This document shows positions 13,301 to 22,265 of a stretch of 64,000 nucleotides of DNA, one piece after another. Both the position numbers and the translations under genes were made by a program. The notes beneath the pieces were generated by a model. The model was not told the origin of the DNA. It saw nothing but the letters and a program-made list of their open reading frames with translations, and did not search any database. Location: contig DF237040.1 in the NCBI GenBank assembly GCA_000708835.1, forward strand, positions 148,611 through 212,610, given 5' to 3'. The stretch comes from Klebsormidium nitens. Lineage: Eukaryota > Plantae > Klebsormidiophyceae. How positions within the stretch are numbered: the first letter of the stretch is position 1; the number at the start of each line of letters is the position of its first letter.

Positions 13301-16300
13301 ACTAAAGGCTGGAGCGCTTGAACTGGCCTTTCATCTGACAGCCATTCTCCGGGACGTTCAGAAACAGTAAACCTGTAAAGGCCGTCCTTCATTATTGGCC
13401 TCCTATCAGCCAATTGGAAGGGCGTTCGGGCACGGACAAAGCTCTTCCACACAGGGTATCAGAACCTGTATCTAGCCAGGCTTGCGGTGCTTGCTCTTGT
13501 GAACCAAAGGAGTGACTTCCTGGTTGATGAGCAGGCAGCATCTGTGTGAGGGCAATAAAATTAGATAGTGTCGGCGAAAATGGCGAAAATGGTCATGCTC
13601 CACTTGTTCGTGAGTGCCCTTGTCTTTGGTCCAAGTTGCCTCCAAATCAGTATCTGCCTGTTCTCTGTGCTTGCTTGATCGACGTTTGATGCCCTCAACG
13701 ATTACCCTAGACATATAAACCTGTGCATTGTAGAAACGCTTCGAAAGGGTCGTTGGCCATTGATTACAGTTTCGTCCTTTGTTTGCTACGCTGTACTCCG
13801 TTTGCTCGACTTCGGCCACTTGTTTTTGATTGGATTCAAGAGAGCAACCCTTCTCCGTCATGCTGTTACGTGTTTGGAATCTCTTGACTGGACAAGCTTC
13901 TAGAGCCTTGTCACTGGACAGTGATGACAGGTATGTGCTGGTCAAAAAAGACCAAGGCGCCATCTTCCCGTCTAACGTTGCGGGCAGAGGAAAGGTTCAA
14001 AGGTGCCACCTGTCGCTTCATCTCTGTACGGAAACTACGTCCTTGGATTGGTGGAGGTTGCAGGTTTTGGAACCGGAGTCCAAGTGTCGTGTAGATTTCA
14101 CAATTTTGTGCTTTTTCCCGAACTAAATTTTGAAGGCTTCTTTTCAGCTCCGGTGAACGCCGTTGGGGTGCAACGCTTAGAAACTCGAGACCCACGTGGC
14201 CATCGGGCGGCATAAGAAGCTCGCTTCAAACCGCCTCCCTAGTGTCACGTTCTTGGCAATCGGTGTACTTGATGGTATTTCGGACGTCTTTCTGCGTGGA
14301 TATATTGGCTTCTCGCACTCGCTCATTTTACAAAGCGGCACTTTTATCTGTTCCTGACGCTTGGCCCCCCTTTCAAACAGGATCAACGAGCCTGGACAGT
14401 TCTTTTGCGCCTGCGTGGTTGAACATCTAGAAGCTGAAAGTCGTGTTTTCTAACCATCCGCTTTCCTCTCTCAAATAGGAAATCCACGAGTCTGGACAGC
14501 TCCTTCGCGCCGGCGTGGCTGGGTTTCGGGAACGCGTTCGCCGCTCAGGACGAAAGCGACCAGGCAATGGCGGCATACCGGACTGCAGCTCGGCTGTTTC
14601 CGGGGTAAGGGAGACCGGGCTTCCATTTTCCTTTCGTCTCTTACCCCAACGTGGGCCCAGGATGCGTAAGCTCGGTGACAAGCGTAGTTAATAGGTGCGT
14701 TCTTCGTTCGATTCCGGAACGCTCTTCCAAGTCCTGCAAAGCGCCGCAGAAGGATGGCAAAAGTATGAACAAGGGCTGAAGATGTGGAGGAACGAGCTCT
14801 CTTGAAGCAAGTTGCCTTGGCCAGAATGCATTTTCACCTCAACTCAGCGGGGCACGTTTCGTAAACTGAATGCTTCGGAACTTTCAACGAGTTGTAGAGT
14901 AGCACCGGCAAAGTTCTTTCAAATTCTAGTGCAGAATTGGGTTCTTTACCGAGCCGCATTGTTTCGTGTCATTATTAGGGATGATCTCAGATGTGACCGT
15001 CATGAGACTGCCCGTGTGCCCGTCGGTGTGCCCTATCGTTTGGCGAATCGAGCACTCGGCAGAGGTTAGAGAGCACTTGACCAGATTGCTCCACTCCCGT
15101 CAACCCCTCGAATCGTGCTTCCCAAGTCTGCTGAGTGTCACATATCCAGACTGTCGAGCGACGACTATCAATAGCTGAAGGCGCCCTGTACTTGTCGTCA
15201 GAACAATCTCGACATTTTTAGAATCTTTTAAGCATTGAGTGTCAATCGCCCAAGCAATTTCAGGTTATTGTCGCTTCCAGGTGCCACTGGCCGGGTTTGT
15301 GGAACGGCAACAATTACCAGAAGACGAACGTCCTGACGTCAGCCGAGCAGTTGCTGAAAGATGCCCAAATCCGGAATATTTCAAATCGCAAAAGCAAAAT
15401 CCGGTAGTTCGAAAGTCGAGCACGTTGAATGAAAACTCCTTCTCTAGGTGCCACATACCGAGTTTATGCATCGGCATCGAGTACCAGAAGACGAACAACC
15501 TGAACTTGGCGGAGCTCTGAAGGATGTGCAAACCCCGGCCCTTATTCAAATTGTCATTTCGAAGTTTTTTATGATGCGAGAACCTGAGTATTGGTTTTGA
15601 ACTCCTCCCTCCAGGTGCCACCTACCGAGTCTATGCATCGGCATCGAGTACCAAAAGACGAACAACCTGAACCTAGCGGAGCAGTTTCTGAAGGACGCCC
15701 AAAAGCTGTGCCCCCAGGATCCGCTCATCTACAACGAGCTCGGCGTGCTGTCGTACCGGAACAAGGACCACCGGAAAGCGGAAAGCTGGCTGCGGAAAGC
15801 GCTCTCGCTCGCGCCGGAACCGCTGACCGACGCCTGGGAGGCCACGTGCGTCAACCTGGGGCACGCGCTGCGCAAGCAACGGTGCGGAGTCGGTCTTGTT
15901 GCTTTCTTTTCGTTTCGTTTCGTTCCGTTCCTTTGTGTTCCGTTCCGTTTCTGTTCCGCTGTTTCCCTCGATCCGTTTTTCCTTTAGTTATGATGGTACC
16001 GGCGGATTTTATTTCCAAACGGGTTCCACATTGAAACGTTGAGAGCCCAGCAAGCATGATGACCAAGCTCTCCTTTCGTGATTTTGGCCTTTCCTTTTCA
16101 CTTTCTCTTGTCCTTCTTCGCCAAAGCAATCGACTCAGTACGACAAGGCCCACTTCTGTGGCCTCCGCCCAGAACAGCAGTCTAGTGGAAAAGGCAGCTC
16201 CACCGGGAAGAGCGCCCCGGTGCTTTCTACCGGGCGGAACCTCGTCTAAGAATCCGTCCCTACTTTTTCGCAGAAATTACGCTGAAGCGATCGACTGGTA

Positions 16301-17857
16301 TACGACAAGGCCCTCCCGCGCAACCTTGAGAGAGCTGTCGGGCCTGATTTGTCAGCAGAGAATCTGGTGGTAGTTTGTACCGGGCGTAAACATGACGTTA
16401 CATCGTTCCTTGCCTTTCCGCAGAAAGTACGCCGAAGCAGTCGACTGGTATACGACATGGCCCTCCCGGCGCAACCTCTAGAGGGCTGTTGATTTGTTTT
16501 TTGAGCAAACATTTTCTGATCTATTTCATACCACCAATATCTCGGGCGGCAGTTCCTACCGGCTGTATTACAACAAAACATCGTTCCTTCGTTTCTGCAG
16601 AAAGTATATTGTAGACGGGTATGCGACAAAACCTTCAAAAGGGCCGTTGTTCTTGCATTCTGAGCGGATATTCCGGGTAGTGATTCTGATGACAAAACAT
16701 TGTTCCTTCGTCTCCGCAGAAAATACGCCGAAGCAATTGACTGGTACGATAAGGCTCTGGGCCTGTGTCCCCGCTCCGCCAGCACCTATGCCGCGCTCGG
16801 CTACACGCACCACCTCATGGTGAGCCGTGACGTCACCTTGATGACGTCACGAGGCAGTCACGTGCTTGCATGACCTCAGAATTGGCCCCTGCAGCGGCCG
16901 CTGATTTGTGAGGCGAACGGCCCCACTCGGCGACACAAACGAAGTCAAGAACATGTCGCCGCCTTTTTGGCGGTCAGACCATAGTGTATGGCTGCTGAAC
17001 GGAGGCTCGGCTAAAGTCTTCTTTGGCCCGACAAGAGAAGACCACCGGGGTTTGGTAGGCGATTGACTGAATGACGAGTCTCACATTTGCGAAAAGAAGA
17101 AGGCTCTATTGCCTTCTTCTGTTCGCTTTATGGCACGCGGTTGCGTTATTCGCTTTCAAAAAACGATTGATAAAGCTGTCCGCTTCAAGCCGATGCAGAT
17201 GCAGGGACTATGCTTGCACTCTTGGCGAGCAAAGCAACAGGGGTTTGTCCGCTGGTTCGCATCTGACGGCCTCTTCAGATTTGCTGAACGATTGCAGTTC
17301 CTTATTCGTCACGCTTTGACGTCTCGAGAGCCGTTTATACCCGCCTGATGGAGCTGGCTGGATTTTTTTTGAAAGATCTTCTCATAACCTGAAAACGCTT
17401 CTCTACGCGTTGACCCCCTTCTGGTTTGGCAAGCTTTTTGGGAGTTTGGAATGGAGTTCCGCTGACATGGTTGACCAGCTGTTTGGAAACGTTCGAAAGC
17501 TCCCTTTTTTGACTGCTCTTGTTTTGAACGCAGAAGCGTGTGTGTTGAACGCGGACGCCTCTTGCTTTCGTCATCCTGACATCAGAGCTGCGGAGCTAGG
17601 AGCGTCGTAGTTCTAGTTTTATCTCTTTTTAACGGTTTGCTATGGCTCTAAATTTGAGTTCGTTGCTCCCCTTCTTGCGACCATAGTCACAGCTCCTCTT
17701 CTTTATTTTCCAGGATCAATTGACTCTTGCGATCGAGTACTACCACAAAGCTCTGGGGCTGAAAGCGGACGACACCTTCACCGCCGAGATGCTGACACGC
17801 GCGCTCGAGGACGAAGGCGCTCGATTCGGGATGGGCGGGGGAGAAGAATTTCTGTAG
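4375..17857 (+). CDS. APC6: Anaphase-promoting complex subunit 6 (CDC16), TPR protein, 13 exons
   Basis: Exons 4375-4509, 5287-5391, 5877-6002, 6361-6434, 6839-6878, 7129-7174, 7392-7471, 8156-8334, 8886-9086, 14479-14604, 15615-15881, 16720-16819 and 17714-17857, all GT-AG and in phase. Motifs: KHLYSSAIFFADK, LRRKNELFLLAHKLVQEYPQKAVAWFAVG, FAPAWLGFGNAFAAQDESDQAMAAYRTAARLFPGCHLP, DPLIYNELG, AIEYYHKAL. Confidence 0.95.
7772..8120 (+). repeat. Exon echoes of the start of APC6 exon 8
   Basis: gctgtttgaggagcgcgctgcaaga (about 7784) and cagcggccattgaggagcgcgctgcggagctccagcggtc (about 7938) versus exon cagcggctgtttgaggagcgcgccgtggagttggagcggtc (8162). Confidence 0.85.
14371..14421 (+). repeat. Exon echo of the APC6 exon 10 acceptor and start
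   Basis: tcaaacag|gatcaacgagcctggacagttcttttgcgcctgcgtggttg versus tcaaatag|gaaatccacgagtctggacagctccttcgcgccggcgtggctg. Confidence 0.9.
15270..15614 (+). repeat. Two 167-bp-period echoes of the APC6 exon 11 acceptor and start
   Basis: AG|GTGCCAC occurs at 15281, 15448 and the real exon start 15615. Confidence 0.95.
16110..16719 (+). repeat. Four echoes of the APC6 exon 12 acceptor and start
   Basis: Copies at about 16115, 16274, 16424 and 16601 of the exon start aaaatacgccgaagcaattgactggtacgataaggc (16720). The last three keep cag before the copy. Confidence 0.9.
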
Positions 17858-18969
17858 AACTCAGTTCCAAGCTTCGACACGTTTGCTCTTGATGGATCTT
17901 ACAGAGGAAGCAAGGTCGAAGACCCGCGGGTTATGCAGCGGCCACGCAGCATTTTGAAGTGCTTCCGGAAAAACGGTCTGTCAAACCGCGATCTTCTCTT
18001 CAGGAGTCGATCTCAAATCGGTCGAATCAATCGTCATCATCAACGGCCGGGTCCATCATTTTTGGGCCGAAATCCCGGCCGCCGGGAATGATCATTACAC
18101 TTCTGGCATTGTCTGCTAAGTCCGAAGTCGGTCCGACCCGGAAGTTGAAAGTTTGAAGTACCTACCGTGGTCCGTGCCTCCTTATACCGTAAGCACCAAC
18201 CTTAGTAGTACCGTACTAACATGCCGGTTGGTCATCAATTAATTCAACGGGCGTGTTGGTACGGTACGCAAGCAGCAAAGTGACGGACCAGATTAGAAGT
18301 GCAACACTCTGGGGCCCCACAGCCGTTGATGCGGGAATGGATAAGCACAACCCACATCCAGATCAGGGCCCAGGCACCTTTTGCCGCTTGCGGCTCCACA
18401 ACTTTTGCAATCATTTGCTCACGCGCTTTGCGGTACCCAGAGTCAGTAGCTTACGGTACTGTAGTACTGCACTTCAAGCGGTACTGCAGTACTGAATCCT
18501 GGTACCACTGACTCCTCCAAGCTCCAGTACTGAGCTACGGTACTTATACCGCGTTGAGCGCTCCCTATCTATGACTAGTTAAAGGTATATCTAGATAATA
18601 ATGTGCCAGCGTACGGACCGTATGTACAGTACCTAATACTACCTAGCACCTAGTACCTATTACCTGGTTCTACCAGGATACCTAGCAAGGTATTGCTGTG
18701 AATGTAATAACTAGCTAGGCACGTACGGTAGTGTGAGTCTGACTCTCAGATTGACACACCTACTGCAGTCAGTACAGGCTGACTTTAGGTACCTGTGACG
18801 AAGAGCTAGAACCTAGAGCAGGCTCGAGTTTCGACCTACTAGGTAGTACGTGAAAACAGATAAAAGCAAAACCTTCTCTTCACATCCTCAAAACCGCCTG
18901 TTTCCACTATTCGGGTACTCCGGTCTCGCCGCAATTCCGGGCAATTGCCAGTACCTCCAGCTTTGCGCC

Positions 18970-21136
18970 ATGGCGAGCGTCACGCGCAGTGCTGTGCTCC
19001 TCCTGGCGCTTGTCGCGATGGTCGTGAGCGCAACCGCTGCACGGATGGATCCTGTTCAGGTGAGCAAGGCATACCTTCAAAAGTATCTACTTTGAGAGGA
19101 TTGTGAAGTTTGACGGCGATGCGTGCGGTTTGAACCTTTGCCACATGACTGAATCTGGTCAGCCTTCAACGGAGGCCATTGAGCAGATGCTTTGATTTTG
19201 ATTGGCAGCAGACCGGTGCCTGAATCGGTTTTGTCAGTGCAAACACATTTCCTTGATTCGAGGGCGCGCAAAATCAGCTCCTCTCTGAATGCGTTTCGTG
19301 ACCAGATTGACTTATACAACCCGCCCTTACATCTGCATCGACCCCTTGTTACCTACTAACACGTACGAGTAGCCACATTCCCCTTTCTGGAATGAGTCTG
19401 ATTGCTGTACAATTGAGCCGAGTTGCATGTTCCTTTGCCAGAGAGTCTGATGACCAAGGATGTTACAGGCCAAACCTCCTCTGGTCAAGTTTGGATTGGA
19501 GATCATAGGGCTCTTGGTTCTGCTAAACTTGGCCACTAACTACATTCATCAGGCTTTGCATTGCTAGTCAAATGCACTGACTTGTTAACTTCTCAACGTC
19601 TTGAGAGCTTGCAGCGACCTTTGGTTGACCTAGTCAAATGCACTGACTTGTTAACTTCTCAATGTCTTGAGAGCTTGCAGCGACCTTGGTTGACCTAGAA
19701 ACTTATGTCAAAAGTGTCAAGGGATAGCATTCAAGAAGCTTCTATGCAGGATTAATACTTGCGCATACAGCAACTTCTGTGGATGCAAAAAGATTTCATG
19801 TTTGCTTGATTTTTTGCAGGACGTTGCTGCCTCGGAGGCCAGCCCTGACCTCGAGCAGGTGAGCCAACGATTCCAGGAATTTTTGACTCTGCCAAGAACA
19901 GGAGCTTGTGTTTTAGATGGACGCTTTCTTGGTTTAAAGAACAGGAAAAAGCCCTCTTTCGTACACGAGCCTAGCCCGAAACCTGGCGGTAGTCATAAGA
20001 TTCTCTGTTTGTTGAAGTTGGCCCTACCAGTCCTTCCTCCTATTCGTGTGGCTGCTTAGTCTGGTCTGATGATCTGCGTGACTTCCATCTGTTTGAAGCT
20101 TGCAGCACCCCGACCCCAAATCATGTCTATGCAAAAACGAAACTTATTTGGAAAGATGTTCGTTCGGCAGCTCCTTTTGAGCGCGTGTTGACTATCCAAT
20201 CGTTGGTTCTTTGCAGGATGCCTTGGAGCTTCCTGGCCGCTCGCAAATGTATGGCTGTCCGAAGATTGCTTCCAGTTGGTGCCAGGGCAGAACGGGTGTC
20301 TGCAACCCCAACGACACGTGAGTTATCCGGCTCGTCACAGGTTTTTTTTGGCGGTTGACCACAGTCGGTTACGGGCTGTTACAAAGCTGGTTGACTGTCT
20401 AATGACCAGACTCGAGCGGTAACCAGGTTTTAAACATGGCTATAACGCGGTTATTGGTCATTAAAGAACCGGAGGGAAGTTTGGTTATTGAACCTAATTA
20501 GCAGCCAAACCTTCCTGTGCGTGCAGTTTTGGGTCACATCTGGCTCCAAACGGTTCAGAGACTTCGGTCGCACAAGTTGTCACTAAGTCCAGTTTATTTC
20601 TGTAGGCTTTGGAAGATCCTGGGTACGTTCTCTGAGCGCGCCACAATGCTCTACGCACCGGAGTCCTTGCTAGGTTTCGGCTAGGAACTGCGAATGAGTT
20701 GCAGCTGTGCGTGAAGGTTCAACCGACTTGTACTGTCGTCACGCGCTTCCGTCTGACTCCGAGTGTCACTCGGAGTTGTTTTTTCGGTTACCAAAAAGCA
20801 GAAAATCTCGACTCTTGCCCAAACCGAGGCGAGTAAAGGAGTAGTGTACGGGAACGGAAGAGGTCCAATGAGCTACTTTACGGTCCATGCCAAACTTCGG
20901 CTTACATGACGTGAGGCATACTGACCATAGATACAGCCACTAACAACAGCATTCTGCCCGAAAGCGCTTCGTGGAAAGGAAATAACACAGGCCGTTGCCA
21001 TTTTTGCAGTGCGCAATGCAAATGCGGCTCGCCCCCCTGGGTCAAGAAGCCGTGGGAGTGGACCATGGGTCGTCTTTGCGACGCCGGGCTGAAGTGTCAG
21101 GTCAAAGGGCAGGATACAGTTTGTGTCCCTAAGTGA
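18970..21136 (+). CDS. Small secreted cysteine-rich peptide precursor (118 aa: signal peptide, acidic pro-region, 8-Cys domain)
   Basis: Exons 18970-19059, 19820-19858, 20217-20317 and 21010-21136 splice in phase to MASVTRSAVLLLALVAMVVSATAARMDPVQDVAASEASPDLEQDALELPGRSQMYGCPKIASSWCQGRTGVCNPNDTAQCKCGSPPWVKKPWEWTMGRLCDAGLKCQVKGQDTVCVPK*. Confidence 0.8.
19564..19698. repeat. Near-perfect 66-bp tandem duplication in intron 1 of the Cys-rich peptide gene
   Basis: ctagtcaaatgcactgacttgttaacttctcaaYgtcttgagagcttgcagcgacctt(t)ggttgac occurs at 19564 and 19630. Confidence 0.9.
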
Positions 21137-22000
21137 CTGATTCCAGAAATAAGTTAGGGCTGACGATGATCAGGGTTGACGGGCTCGGCTTATGATAGAC
21201 GGCCGGTTCGTGTCGGCTATTATACAGCGAGTGTTGACGTCGCTTCTGGTAGCATTTCGTCACAAGAGCCGTCAACTGTGCAAGCTTGGTTTGCCACGTG
21301 TGCGCCATGCAGTCAGTCAACCATGTTTGTTACGAAGTTAGGGGCTTTGTGTTTCATCCTTCGTCGTCCAGGGCCGTAAAAAATGACGTTATTAGCGCCA
21401 AGTCTAGCTCATGCGATTCACTACGACCGGACCACTTTAATCAAGTACAAGTGTTCGGCGGCAATGTCTTGATTGAATGTTGATTTGAGCGCCCTTTGCG
21501 TTTGTGACCCCTCAATCCAGATGTGTTTTTAATATGCAAGACTTCCTAACTCTCAAGTTGACGACAGCCTTTAATTACATGCGATTTGCCATGCGAGATA
21601 TCTTCAATCTCTCAGGCAAGAACACGCACCGAGCCTGGCCGTTTAGGATTGGAGGAGGTTTACGCAAGTGACTTGTATTTGACATGGAAACGCAAGATGG
21701 TCTGTAAACGGTGCCGTCTCGGGCCGGCGATATGTTCTTGCTTGATATCTGATATGTGTCGTGGAAAGTTCACGTACAGCTTGTCAAGTAGTCTCGAGAT
21801 CGATTCGGACAGCAGCGCATTCCAACATCACCGTCCATGCAAAGTTTCCCGGACGTCACCGGCTGCAGCTAGATGATCGCGACCTTCTTTGCGCATCTGT
21901 ATTCTGACACTCGAGTGTCATGTCTCGACATTAGAAAGAGTGGAAGGATATAGCGCTTGATTTTGCGTGTCAGAAAAAAGAACAAGAGAAACTGGATATA

Positions 22001-22265
22001 CCGTAGAGACATTGTCCATTCGCACTAACTTTAATTATTTTTAGGGCTTGCGAAAAAAGTTTTATTACTTTCGACGCAGGTGCGAAAATGCGGATCAAAA
22101 ATAATATCTGTAGAAGCTACAAAACCTGCAAAATGAGGCTAAAAATGGTCCAAATTTGGAAAAAGCGAAAATTCTAATAATATCGTCGATGCTGGTGCGA
22201 AATGACAAAACGTTCATAAATAGATATTCGCACCAAGGTGGTGCGAATGGACAATGTCTCTACGG
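22001..22265. mobile_element. MITE, Tc1/mariner-pogo type, non-autonomous
   Basis: Perfect 25-bp terminal inverted repeats: CCGTAGAGACATTGTCCATTCGCAC (22001-22025) and its reverse complement (22241-22265). TA flanks both ends (21999-22000, 22266-22267). The interior is AT-rich and non-coding. Confidence 0.9.

Noticed and set aside
15900-15985. (CGTTT/CGTTC)n tract
   Set aside because: It is simple low-complexity intronic sequence.
15270-16760. Mutually exclusive exon clusters (Dscam-like) or a CRISPR-like array
   Set aside because: The copies are partial exon starts with indels and stops and no matching donors of their own. The units are degenerate and locus-specific, with no constant repeat and unique spacers.
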